DNA of 43,700 bases from Planctomycetota bacterium (GCA_025459285.1 JALOQY010000001.1:1-43700), one strand, 5' to 3'. Shown: positions 18,922-28,540, counted from the first letter of the stretch. Notes: a model not told the origin generated them from the sequence alone. A program made the numbers and translations.

Positions 18922-20004
18922 ATGGACCAGGCCCAGACTCCGGAGACCGTGCGTGCCCATCCGCGGGTGAGCGGCGTGAGGTTCCTGGTCGGCGCGGCGA
19001 GCTTCGTGATCGTCGTGGCGGGCCTGCAGGCCGCGCGACCCATCGTGATCCCCATCCTCATCGCGGTCTTCCTCGCCTTCGTCTGCGTCTACCCCATGCG
19101 CCGGTTGATGCGGCTCGGACTGCCTTCCTGGCTCGCCATGCCCCTGGTGTTCATCGGGCTGCTCGCGGTGCTCGCCGGTACCTCGCTCCTGGTGGGGAAC
19201 TCCGTGGCGAGTTTCACCGCCTCGTCCGGATACTGGAACGAGCGGATCGTGGACCTCGTCGATCGCGCGCTCTCCACCAGCCGTTCGCTCGGCCTGCGGA
19301 TCTCCCGGGAGAAACTCGCCGGTCTTCTCGAGACCGACCGGATCCTCACCTTCGTGTCCGACACCGTGGCCGCCGTCCTCTCGGCGCTCTCGAGCTTCAT
19401 CGTCATTCTCGTCATCTCGATCTTCCTCGTGCTCGAGGCGCACGGCCTGCCCGCGAAGCTCCGGAAGATCCACGGCGACGGCGACGCCCTCACGGGCTAC
19501 GTGGCGGTTTCGGATCGGATCCACGGCTACCTCTACCTGAAGGCCGTCACGAGTCTCTTCACCGGCGCTCTCGCCGCCGGGCTGTTCGCGATCTTCGGCG
19601 TGAGCTTCGCCGTCGTGCTCGGGCTCATCACCTTCCTGTTCAACTTCATCCCCACGATCGGCTCCGTGATCGCGGGCATACCCGCCGTGCTCCTCTGCCT
19701 CGTGGAGCACGGGCCTGGTCGCGCCCTGCTGCTCCTCGCGATCTACGTGGGCATGAACATGCTGATCGGCAACGTGCTCGAACCGAGGCTCATGGGCCGG
19801 CGGCTCGGCCTCTCGCCCGCCGTGGTGCTCCTCTCGCTCATTTTCTGGAACTGGGTCCTCGGCCCGGTGGGGATGCTGCTCTCCCCGCCGCTGACGATGA
19901 TGGTGAAGATCCTCATGGAGCAGAGCGCCGACCTGCGGGGCGCCGCGATCCTCCTCGGCACACCGGACGAGGACCCGCCGGCCCCTGACGCGCCCCCGGG
20001 CTGA
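18922..20004 (+). CDS. AI-2E family transporter (TqsA/YhhT-like)
   Basis: GGAGG RBS. FNFIPTIGS, GNVLEPRLMG..LGLSP..V.LSLIFW..VLGPVGMLLS motifs. Confidence 0.92.
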   Translation: MDQAQTPETVRAHPRVSGVRFLVGAASFVIVVAGLQAARPIVIPILIAVFLAFVCVYPMRRLMRLGLPSWLAMPLVFIGLLAVLAGTSLLVGNSVASFTASSGYWNERIVDLVDRALSTSRSLGLRISREKLAGLLETDRILTFVSDTVAAVLSALSSFIVILVISIFLVLEAHGLPAKLRKIHGDGDALTGYVAVSDRIHGYLYLKAVTSLFTGALAAGLFAIFGVSFAVVLGLITFLFNFIPTIGSVIAGIPAVLLCLVEHGPGRALLLLAIYVGMNMLIGNVLEPRLMGRRLGLSPAVVLLSLIFWNWVLGPVGMLLSPPLTMMVKILMEQSADLRGAAILLGTPDEDPPAPDAPPG

Positions 20005-20005
20005 T

Positions 20006-22255
20006 TCAGGCCCGCAGGGCCGCCGCTTCCACCACGCCCACCGTGGTCAGGTTCACGACCTGCTCCACCGTCGCTTCGTACTGGAGGACGTGGGCCGGGA
20101 GCGCCGTGCCCATGAGCACCGGGCCGATGGGGATCGCCTCGCCCATGTACTGGAGCGAGTGCATCGTGAGGTTCCCGGACTGGAGGTCGGGGAACACGAG
20201 GACGTTGGCGTCCCGATCGATGTCGGCGAAGGGGAAGCATGTCCGGCGGAGCGCGCCATCGCGTGCCGCGGCGAGCTGCATCTCCCCGTCGATCCGGAGG
20301 TCCGGCGCCATCTCGCGGGCGAGTGCCACGGCGCGGCGGACCTTCCTCGTGTGGGGGTGGTCGACGCTCCCGAAATTCGAGAACGAGAGCATCGCGACGC
20401 GGGGCTCCACGCCCAGGGCGCGGCTCGTGCGGGCCGCCAGCACGGCGATCTCAGCGAGGTCCGTGGCGTCCGGGTCGACCTGCACCGCGCAGTCCGCGAG
20501 GAACACGACGTCCCGCGGCAGCAGTACGAGGTAGTGGCTCGAGACCTTCCGCACGCCGGGCGCCGGACCGATCGCCTGGAGCATCGTGCGCAGCGTCTCC
20601 ACGTAGTGACTCGCATACCCCGCGATCAGCATGTCGGCGTCTCCGCAGCGGACCATCATCGCCGCGAAGATGTCCGGCCTCGTCACGAGCCTGGCGGCGG
20701 CATCGCGCATGACGCCGCGGCGCTTCCGCAGCTCGAAATAGGCCTCCACACAGGCCCCGAACCGGGGGCTGCGCTCCGGCTCCACGATCGGTACCCCCCC
20801 GAGGTCCAGGGAAAGCCGGTCGGCCTTCTCGCGGATCTCGCGCTCCCGGCCGAGCAGCACGGGGCTCGCGATCCCCTCGTCGAGGAGGATGCCGCAGGCG
20901 CGGAGGATCGCTTCGCTCGTCCCCTCGGAGAAGACCACGCGGAGTTTCGCCTGCCGGGCGCGGAGGATCAGCCCCCGCATGGTCTCGCGGCCGGTCCCGA
21001 TCCTCGTCGTGAGGATCTCGTGGTAGGCCGCCGCCTCCAGTGGTCGCCCCGCCACCTCCTCCCGGACGGCCTGCTCGGCCACGGCGGCCGACTCGCGCAC
21101 GAGGATCCGCGGGTCGATGGGCTTCGGCAGGAGGTAGCTCGGGCCAAACGCCATCGTCTCGTCCGCGTAGGCCCGCACGACCTCCTCCGGCACCTCCTCG
21201 CGCGCAAGGTCGGCGAGAGCCCGGGCCGCGGCGAGGAGCATCCCCTCGGTGATGCTGGTGGCCTGCACGTCGAGAGCGCCCCGGAACACATAGGGCACGG
21301 ACAGCAGGTCGAGGATGGCGTTCGGATACTGGCCGAGGCCGGTGGCCACGATCACGTCCTTGCGGCAGGCCCGGGCCACCCCGTAGTCGATCTCCGGCTC
21401 CGGGGTGGCCAGGGCGAAGACGATGGGGAACCGGGCCATGGACCGCACCATCTCCGGGGTGAGGACCCCGGCGGCGGAGGCCCCGACGAAAACGTCCGCG
21501 CCTCGAAGCCCTTCGCCAAGGGACGCCGAAGGGTGCGGGCGGGCGAACTCCCGCTGGTAGGCGTGGAGGTCCGTCCGGTCGGAATGGAGGAGGCCGTCCC
21601 GATCGTAGACGAGCAGGTTCTCCGGCCGGACGCCGAGCTTCACGAACAGACGGGCGCAGCCGGTGCCCACGGTCCCCGCTCCGCAGAGGACGACGCGCGC
21701 GCCGTCGATCCGCTTGTCGGTCAGATCGAGGGCGTTGAGCAGCGCCGCCGCGGCCACCACCGCCGTGCTGTAGAGGTTTTCGTGGAACACGGGGATCCGG
21801 AGGCGCGCGAGCAGGCGCTCGTAGATGATCAATCCCTCGGGCGCCCGGATGTCCTTCAGGTTCACGGCCCCGAATGTCGGCTCGAGCATCGCCACGGTCT
21901 CCACGAACTTCTCCGGATCCGTGGTGTCGATCTCGAGGTCGAAGACGTCGAGGTCCGCGAGCCGCTTGAACAGCACGGCCATGCCCTCCTGCATGGGCTT
22001 CGCGGCGAGCGGACCGACGGCCCCGAGCCCGGGGACGGCGGTACCGTTCGTCACGACCCCCACGAGGTTCCCCCGCGAGGTGAAGCGGAAGGCCGCCGAG
22101 GGATCGGCGGCGATCTCCTCCGCGGGGAACGATGCCCCGGGGAGGTAGGCGAGCCGCATCTCCCGCGGCGTGACGCAGGGCTTCGCCGGTCGGACCTCGA
22201 TCTTCCCGGGCCGGCCCGCGGCGTGATACTCGAGCGAATCGTGTCTCCGGATCAT
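20006..22255 (-). CDS. maeB: MaeB-type malic enzyme/phosphotransacetylase fusion (749 aa) with substituted active site
   Basis: LEYH..RPGKIEV, GNLV.VVTNGTAV.GLG, FALATPEPEI, PKP.DPR, then a PTA domain (VVFSEG, FLADC, AMLSFSNFGS, DGEMQ, ANVLVFPDLQSGN). ATGA overlap with the upstream gene and GGAGG RBS. Confidence 0.9.
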   Translation of the reverse strand: MIRRHDSLEYHAAGRPGKIEVRPAKPCVTPREMRLAYLPGASFPAEEIAADPSAAFRFTSRGNLVGVVTNGTAVPGLGAVGPLAAKPMQEGMAVLFKRLADLDVFDLEIDTTDPEKFVETVAMLEPTFGAVNLKDIRAPEGLIIYERLLARLRIPVFHENLYSTAVVAAAALLNALDLTDKRIDGARVVLCGAGTVGTGCARLFVKLGVRPENLLVYDRDGLLHSDRTDLHAYQREFARPHPSASLGEGLRGADVFVGASAAGVLTPEMVRSMARFPIVFALATPEPEIDYGVARACRKDVIVATGLGQYPNAILDLLSVPYVFRGALDVQATSITEGMLLAAARALADLAREEVPEEVVRAYADETMAFGPSYLLPKPIDPRILVRESAAVAEQAVREEVAGRPLEAAAYHEILTTRIGTGRETMRGLILRARQAKLRVVFSEGTSEAILRACGILLDEGIASPVLLGREREIREKADRLSLDLGGVPIVEPERSPRFGACVEAYFELRKRRGVMRDAAARLVTRPDIFAAMMVRCGDADMLIAGYASHYVETLRTMLQAIGPAPGVRKVSSHYLVLLPRDVVFLADCAVQVDPDATDLAEIAVLAARTSRALGVEPRVAMLSFSNFGSVDHPHTRKVRRAVALAREMAPDLRIDGEMQLAAARDGALRRTCFPFADIDRDANVLVFPDLQSGNLTMHSLQYMGEAIPIGPVLMGTALPAHVLQYEATVEQVVNLTTVGVVEAAALRA

Positions 22256-25200
22256 GACCATTCCTCCGAACCCGCCGAAAGCGGGAATCTCCCGAGCGTC
22301 GCCTCGAGCGCCGGGAGGAGAACCGGCACGGGGCGCACCTGAAGGATGAAGACACGGCTCCTCTCGATGCCGAACTCCACGTCCACCGGATGGCCGAAGA
22401 CCTCCTCGAGACGGGCGGCAAGGCGGACGAGTTCGGCGAGTTCCACGTACTCGAGCGCCGGCCGCAGGCGCTGGTGATAGAGGCTCTCCGCGCGGATCGT
22501 GCCCCGACCGGCGCGGCGGTCGAAGACGATCCGTTCCCGTTTGTCCGCCACCGCGTAGCTCATCCGGAAGCCGCCCCGCGTCAGGTCTCCCTCCTTCGAG
22601 ACGGTGACGTGGTCCGCGGCGACCGTGCCGGAGACGATGCCCTCTCCGAGCCCGAGTCCGGCATTGATGACCATCTCGCCCTCCTCCCCTCGCGCCACGT
22701 CCACGGTGAGCAGCACTCCGGACACCCGGGAGTCGACCATGCGCTGGACGAGGACTCCGCCGCCCCCGGCGCCGGGGCCGAAGAGAGTCCGGTTGTGGAT
22801 CGCGCGCTCCGTCCAGAGACCGCTCCAGCAGTTCGCGAGCGTTTCGAGCAGGGCCGCCTCGCCCCGGACGAAGAGGAAGGTCTCGAACTCGCCGGCGCGG
22901 GACGCGGCCTCCGCGTCCTCCTCGCGGGAGGAGGAGCGTACGGCCACGAACGTCTCCTCCCCGTCCGGTCCGAGGGCCCGGTAGGCCGAGCCGATCTCCT
23001 CGGCGAGGTCCTTCGGGGGGCGAACCTCGGCGAAGAGCCCGCGGATGAGCGCGGCCTTCTCGGCGGCGGTGGGCCCGTCGCGCGCGAGCACGGTGTCGAT
23101 GGCCGCGCGGAGGCTCCCGGACCGGCTCCGCTCGGCGGCGAGTCGCGGAGCGACCTCCGCCAGCGGACAGTCGAGAACGCGGCGCAGCGCGGCGTCGGTG
23201 ACCGTGAACCAGGGCGGCACGAACTCGGCCCCGAGGATGCGGGCGGTCTCCGCGAGGTTCGCCGCCTTGGCCCCCGCCAGCGGCAGCAGTTCGAACCCGC
23301 CGTCGGCGGCGGTGAGGATGGTCCGGCCGGCAAGGCGCCGCTCGCGCTCCGCGTCCCGGGCCGCAAGGTCTCTCGCCGGTCGCGCGAGGTCCTCGTGCCC
23401 GCCCTCCGGCGTTCCGAGCAGGGCGTCCGCGCGCGCCGCCCGGCGCAGCAGATGGCGGAGGTGGGGGTGCTCCGGTGAGATGGAGATCGCGGCGGCGTCG
23501 CGCAGTTCGTGGAGCCTCCGGCGGGCAAGTACATCCAGCGGGGCGGTGGAAGGCGCCCCTCCCGCGGGACCGGCGAGGGCCCTCGTGGCCCGTAGGGCTT
23601 CGAGGCGGGGGGCCAGCACCTCGAAGAGGCCGATGGCGCGCGGAATGCGGTCCTCGGCCCTCCGGAAGGCCCTCCGGCGGCGTGCCTCGAGTTCGCGGGC
23701 GGTCTGCGCGACGAAGGTCGGGACCACCGCCGTGACGGCGGGGTTCTGTCCGAGGGTCGCGAGGAGTTCCTCGCGATCCGTGACGGTCTCCCCGAGCAGG
23801 AGCTCCCGGACCGCGAACCGCGCGAGCACGGGATCGACGAGGCGCCCGAGCACTTTCGCCACCTGATGTCGGGCGCGCAATCGCCGGCCGCGGAGCACGA
23901 GCGCGTCGGCATCCGACGGGGCGGCGCCGAGGCACTGCTCGGCCTTCGCGAGGTGGCGCAACCCCTCGGCGAGGGCGAGGGTGTCACGGTCCTGGCCCAG
24001 GACTCGCAGGGTTCCGGCGGTGGCGTTGAGGACGAGGAGGTCCCCTTCGACGAGTCGGTGTTCGCGTTCCCGGAGGTTCCGGCGTTCGCCGATCCGGAAG
24101 CCGCGGACCTCGTATTCCTCCTCCCGATACTCGGGAACGGTGAAGAGGAGGATCGGAGCTCCGGAGGCATCCGCCGTCCAGCGTCCGGGGATCACCAGCG
24201 CGGGTTTGCGGAACTGGAGCGCGATGAGCCCGGCGTGGGAGAGGGCGCCCCCTCCGGTGGAGACGACGCCCGCCGCGCGGTAGAGGCCCGGGGTATCCTC
24301 CGGCCGGACCGCGGCCTTCACGAGGATGGCGCCCTCGAGGGCTTCCGCCGGGGTATCGCCGTTCCCGAAGACGGCGTGGCCGGAGGTCCGCCCGGGAGCC
24401 GCCGGCAGTCCGGTGATCACCCTCTCCCCGGGAAGTGGCCCCGGCTCCCGGACCAGATCCCCGGCGGCGATTTCGCGGAGCAGCCGCCGGGCCTCCTCGC
24501 GGGCCTCGGACGAGGACGGCTCGACCTCCACCAGGGGGAAGTTGGCCCGGCGGAGCTTCCCGGCGAGAGCCGGCAGCGGCACGCCGGGGCACCGGGCGAG
24601 TCGGATGATCCCCGCCTCGTCGCGCAGCACCGACAAGGCCAGTCCTTCCCCGGGCAGACCCAGCCGCGCGCTGAGGACGTCACGGCCCGCGACGTGGCCA
24701 ATGGTCCGGAACGACAGCGTCCGCGCCACGGGTCCCGTGAGGCGGGCGCAGGCCACCGCCTCGGCCACCGCGGCCTCGCCCTCCGCGAGGAGCTCCGCGA
24801 ACCGCACCGCCTCGTGCCGTCGGCCGGAGGCGGGCCGCGGGCCCTCCGGCCCCGGGATGATCTCGCCGCGGGCCAGGGCTTCCGCGAGTGGGGTGAGGAC
24901 CGTCTCTTCGAGCCGGATCTGCCCGAGGGCCCGCCTCCGGTCTTCCCCCCCGAACGATGGCTCGGGCAGGCGAAGGGCGGCGAGTCCGGCCGCGAGACGG
25001 TCGAGGAGCCCCGGGAGGGGCGGGCCGCCGAAGCGGTCCCCCGGGGGGCCCTCGCCGGTCCACGGGATCTCCTTCTCGCCGAGGGGACCCCGCTCGATCG
25101 CGGCGAGGACGCCCCGGCGGTCCTTCGTGAGGAGCGCGCGCAGGGGAAGCGCGCCGTGGCGCGCGAAGGACGCCGCCCACTCCTCCGCCAGCGTCTCCCG

Positions 25201-27030
25201 GGCCCCGGGCGGGAGATCCAGGGAGCCGAGGACCCAGTCGAGATCCATGAGATACGGCGCGAGGCGCAGCATCGCCGCGGCCCGGTCGCAGAGCGTCCCG
25301 AGGTCCACGACCGACTCCTTGTCCGCCCGCGCGTGGACCCGCGTGCCGCGGACTTCCACGTCGAAGCCGAGCGCGGCGAGGAAGGCGCGAAGAGACTCGA
25401 GGCCCGGTGCCGGGTGGGCGTCCAGCTCGTAGTTGCTGACCCCGAAGAACTCGAGGTCCACCATCCCGCCCCGCAGTGGGGGCGAGAGGTCGAGGCGCAG
25501 GAACGCCGGGTGGTTGCGGAACGAGAGATAGACGTGGACCTCGTTGCCGTAGGAGTGGACCTCCACCCAGGGGAACTTCTCCTGTCCGGCGAGGAGTTGT
25601 CGCGCGATGCCGTCGAGGGCGGCGCGCACGGGCCAGGGGAGGCCCGCGTCGCCGGAGAAGTCGGCGTACTTCACCACCTTCGCGCTGGCGAGGCGCCCCT
25701 TCGTCGCCACGACGACGTCGGCGGTGCGGCGCGGCGCCCGCCCGGCGCCGACGAACGAGAAGCCGAGGCGCAGACCGCGCTGGTGGAGATAGCGCTTCAG
25801 GCCGTGCAGCGTGCGGACCTCCCCCAGGTTCCGAGGGTCCTCGAACGCGTTCACGAGCCGGGTCAGCTCCGGGGACAGATGCTCCCGGCCGGCCTCGCGC
25901 CCGAGTTCCCGCGCGATGGCGTCGCGGAGATCCCGCCACGCCCCGGGGAGGAGCGCGCACTCTTCCGAGAGGTTCGCGAACAGCGCGATGAAATCTTCAA
26001 CGACCGCGCCCATGTCGGCGACGAGCGACTGTACGCGTTCCTTCGTCAGGGGCGCGAGATCGAGGATCCGCTCGAGAAGGGCGGCGTGACGGAGGTTGAG
26101 CGTGCGGAAGCGGTCCACGGGGGCGCCGGTTTCGCGCGCGTTGTCCGGACTGCCGGCCTCCCCGCCGTGGGCGAAGAAGATGACCGATTCGCCGGCGCGG
26201 CGGAGCCCGTCCGCGCCATCGAGGAGGGAGGCGGCGTAGGGGGGAACGAACAGCGGCAGGGCGCCGCCGGTGACGAAGCCCGCGAGGCGCTTCGCCTCGA
26301 TGCCGTGGTTCACCCTGGCCCAGCCGAGAGAGGCGACGACCTCGCGGAGGAGCTCGAAGCCGGCGACTTCCTCCGCCCGGCGCATGGCCGCGACGGTGCC
26401 GGCCGTCAGGTGCGAAAGATCGAGGTGCGACGCCCGCGTGTAGTCGAGATACCCGGCCAGGAAGTCGTGATCCGCGGGGGCGAGAAGCTGCCGGGCGGTC
26501 TCTGGTGGGGCGGGTTCGCCGGAAAGATCGAGGATGCGGGCGGCCAGCCTCCGGACGCTCTCGTCGCGGGCGTCGAGGAAGTGGCCGGTCAGCGGCCCCG
26601 CGCGGGCGAGGATGCGCCCGGCGTCGGCGATGGCGTCCGGTCCGGCGAAGGGCGAGTCATCGATCTCGACGCGCTCCGCGATCGCGGCGAGGATCGCCCC
26701 GCCGGGGAGTGCGTCCCGCTCCGCGGCGAGACGCAGCGCGCGGCGGGCGAGTGAGGGGTCGCGCGCGCCAAGGAGCGATCTGAAGAGGGGCCAGGGATCC
26801 GCGAGACCGGCGGCGGCCTCGGCGAGGAGGTCGAAGACCGGCACCAGGACCGCGCCCGCCCGCTCGCCGAGGAGGTCGCCGAGAGGGTGGAGCGGGGCCG
26901 GGTCCGGAAGCGGGAAGTACCGGCGGAGTCGATCGCAGTGGCCGGCGACATCCACGGGATCGGCCGTCGCGAGCCGCGCTGCGGCGGCCACGCGCCCGAC
27001 AAGGTCGGCGATCTCGTCCCGCGAGGACAT
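22252..27030 (-). CDS. 1592-aa PEP synthase/PPDK-family dikinase-like protein with order unknown N-terminus, phospho-His domain, ATP-grasp
   Basis: His domain GLPAAPG..SG...GVVSTGGGALSHAGLIA (His932). C-terminal nucleotide-binding domain GAKAANL, VAVRSS..ED...S.AGEFETFL, VLVQRMV..SGV, GLGEGIVSG, DVEF, ILQVRP. Confidence 0.88.
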   Translation of the reverse strand: MSSRDEIADLVGRVAAAARLATADPVDVAGHCDRLRRYFPLPDPAPLHPLGDLLGERAGAVLVPVFDLLAEAAAGLADPWPLFRSLLGARDPSLARRALRLAAERDALPGGAILAAIAERVEIDDSPFAGPDAIADAGRILARAGPLTGHFLDARDESVRRLAARILDLSGEPAPPETARQLLAPADHDFLAGYLDYTRASHLDLSHLTAGTVAAMRRAEEVAGFELLREVVASLGWARVNHGIEAKRLAGFVTGGALPLFVPPYAASLLDGADGLRRAGESVIFFAHGGEAGSPDNARETGAPVDRFRTLNLRHAALLERILDLAPLTKERVQSLVADMGAVVEDFIALFANLSEECALLPGAWRDLRDAIARELGREAGREHLSPELTRLVNAFEDPRNLGEVRTLHGLKRYLHQRGLRLGFSFVGAGRAPRRTADVVVATKGRLASAKVVKYADFSGDAGLPWPVRAALDGIARQLLAGQEKFPWVEVHSYGNEVHVYLSFRNHPAFLRLDLSPPLRGGMVDLEFFGVSNYELDAHPAPGLESLRAFLAALGFDVEVRGTRVHARADKESVVDLGTLCDRAAAMLRLAPYLMDLDWVLGSLDLPPGARETLAEEWAASFARHGALPLRALLTKDRRGVLAAIERGPLGEKEIPWTGEGPPGDRFGGPPLPGLLDRLAAGLAALRLPEPSFGGEDRRRALGQIRLEETVLTPLAEALARGEIIPGPEGPRPASGRRHEAVRFAELLAEGEAAVAEAVACARLTGPVARTLSFRTIGHVAGRDVLSARLGLPGEGLALSVLRDEAGIIRLARCPGVPLPALAGKLRRANFPLVEVEPSSSEAREEARRLLREIAAGDLVREPGPLPGERVITGLPAAPGRTSGHAVFGNGDTPAEALEGAILVKAAVRPEDTPGLYRAAGVVSTGGGALSHAGLIALQFRKPALVIPGRWTADASGAPILLFTVPEYREEEYEVRGFRIGERRNLREREHRLVEGDLLVLNATAGTLRVLGQDRDTLALAEGLRHLAKAEQCLGAAPSDADALVLRGRRLRARHQVAKVLGRLVDPVLARFAVRELLLGETVTDREELLATLGQNPAVTAVVPTFVAQTARELEARRRRAFRRAEDRIPRAIGLFEVLAPRLEALRATRALAGPAGGAPSTAPLDVLARRRLHELRDAAAISISPEHPHLRHLLRRAARADALLGTPEGGHEDLARPARDLAARDAERERRLAGRTILTAADGGFELLPLAGAKAANLAETARILGAEFVPPWFTVTDAALRRVLDCPLAEVAPRLAAERSRSGSLRAAIDTVLARDGPTAAEKAALIRGLFAEVRPPKDLAEEIGSAYRALGPDGEETFVAVRSSSREEDAEAASRAGEFETFLFVRGEAALLETLANCWSGLWTERAIHNRTLFGPGAGGGGVLVQRMVDSRVSGVLLTVDVARGEEGEMVINAGLGLGEGIVSGTVAADHVTVSKEGDLTRGGFRMSYAVADKRERIVFDRRAGRGTIRAESLYHQRLRPALEYVELAELVRLAARLEEVFGHPVDVEFGIERSRVFILQVRPVPVLLPALEATLGRFPLSAGSEEWS

Positions 27031-27130
27031 GGCGCCCTGTGCGCGGCCCGTGGATTGTACGCTTCCGCGGAGCGCGGCGCCACCCCGTTGTGGCGACCGT
27101 CCGGCCTGGCCGCCCGTCGCCGAGAGGCTG

Positions 27131-27646
27131 CTAGCGGCGTGAAGCGAGGCGGACGATTCCGGAGCCGAGGAGGCCGAGGAGGGCCACCGCGGTCCCGGTG
27201 AGGAGCAGGGCAGCCGTGCTGCTGACCCCGTTCGCGATGTCTGCCGGGGTCACTTGTGCGCTGAGCCGGCCGATCGTGTCCATGGCGCCCCGCAGGCCAG
27301 TCAGGGCGCCGAGCAGCGCGAAGAGGAACGCCGCTTCGCCGAGGCCCCGGACGAGCGCACCCCAGCAGGGCCACGCCCCTTCCCGGCGCACCGCGCAGGC
27401 CCCGAGCAGTGTGGCGGCGAGCACGGCGACCCCGAGCGCGAGGAGGGTCCACTGTCCCCACCCGCGCGCGGTGCCCACCCCCGGAAAGCCGGTCCCGGGC
27501 CTTCCCGTGTCCGGCCCGGCCGCCTCGGCCGCTTCGACCGTCCAGTCCGTGATTCGCACGGCGGGGATCTGCACGAAGGTGAAGGGCAGCGTGAGGAGCA
27601 GGAGTACCACCGCACCCCGCGCCGCGACGAAAGCCGCTCGTCCCAT
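27131..27646 (-). CDS. Small membrane protein with MotA/TolQ/ExbB-like C-terminal helices
   Basis: GGAGG RBS. LLGALTGL..AMDTI....TPADIANGVS...LLTGTAVAL resembles the proton-channel TM pair. Confidence 0.55.
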   Translation of the reverse strand: MGRAAFVAARGAVVLLLLTLPFTFVQIPAVRITDWTVEAAEAAGPDTGRPGTGFPGVGTARGWGQWTLLALGVAVLAATLLGACAVRREGAWPCWGALVRGLGEAAFLFALLGALTGLRGAMDTIGRLSAQVTPADIANGVSSTAALLLTGTAVALLGLLGSGIVRLASRR

Positions 27647-27727
27647 GGTCCGCCTCCCGGCTGTTCGATCCGGGGTCACTCTACCGGATGCGGCAGTCGC
27701 GGCGCAAGCAGGCGAAACGACTCCGAG

Positions 27728-28540
27728 TCACTTCGTCGTTTCGCCGAACAGCTCGCGGAAGAAGGACTCCGTCGCGGCGAAGGAGCGGCGGGCGGCCTTC
27801 TCGTCATAGGCGGAGCCGCGCGAGGGGTCGCTGCCGGCGCCGGGGTCGGAGAAGGAGTGGACCGCACCGCCGTAGAGGATCATCTGCCAGTCGGCCTCCG
27901 CCGCGTCCATCTCGGCGGTGAACGTCCGGACGTGCTCGGCGACCACGTGGGGATCCGCCGCGCCGTGGAGCACCAGGACCTTCGACCGGAGCGTCTCCGC
28001 GGCGGCGGGGAGGGGCGTGTCGAGGTTGCCGTGGAAGGAGACGACGCCCAGGACCTCCGCGCCGGACCGCGCCAGTTCGAGTACCGTGCCGCCGCCGAAG
28101 CAGAACCCCATCGCGGCGGTGCGCGCGGGATCCTCCCGCGGGTGGGCCTTCAGGAAGGCGAGACCCGCCGCCGCGCGGGCCCGGAGCAGGGGGCGGTCGC
28201 CGCGGTACTTTCCGGCCTGCCGGGAGGCTTCCGCCGTGTCCGCCGGCCGGACGCCCTTCCCGTAGATGTCCGCGGCGAGGACGACGTACCCCAGGCGGGC
28301 GAAGCGGCGAGCCGTCTCCTGCTCGTGCGGGCCGATCCCCTTCCAGGCGTGGACCACGAGGACGCCCGGGAGGTTCGTCGCCTCCCCCGGGGGCTGCGCG
28401 AGGAAGCCCTCCAGCACGGTCTCCCCGTGCCGGTACTCCACGGTTCCGGTCACGACGTCGGGCTCCGGGTCGCGCTCCGCCGCCGCCGGTGCGCAGGCCG
28501 CCGCGGCGAGGGCGAGGAGGATGATGTGCGCGTGTCTCAT
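27728..28540 (-). CDS. Dienelactone hydrolase family protein, secreted or lipoprotein
   Basis: GFCFGG nucleophile, LHGAADP, VHSF catalytic His, N-terminal signal LAAAAC. Confidence 0.92.
   Translation of the reverse strand: MRHAHIILLALAAAACAPAAAERDPEPDVVTGTVEYRHGETVLEGFLAQPPGEATNLPGVLVVHAWKGIGPHEQETARRFARLGYVVLAADIYGKGVRPADTAEASRQAGKYRGDRPLLRARAAAGLAFLKAHPREDPARTAAMGFCFGGGTVLELARSGAEVLGVVSFHGNLDTPLPAAAETLRSKVLVLHGAADPHVVAEHVRTFTAEMDAAEADWQMILYGGAVHSFSDPGAGSDPSRGSAYDEKAARRSFAATESFFRELFGETTK

Noticed and set aside
22256-23935. N-terminal 560 aa of the 1309-aa ORF 20006..23935
   Set aside because: Arg/Pro/Gly-rich out-of-frame overlap with the dikinase. MaeB homology starts at ATG 22255, which has its own RBS.
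23866-26754. 962-aa plus-strand ORF (similarly 20090..22342, 11979..13742, 34238..35755)
   Set aside because: Antisense shadows of well-supported genes, with no motifs.
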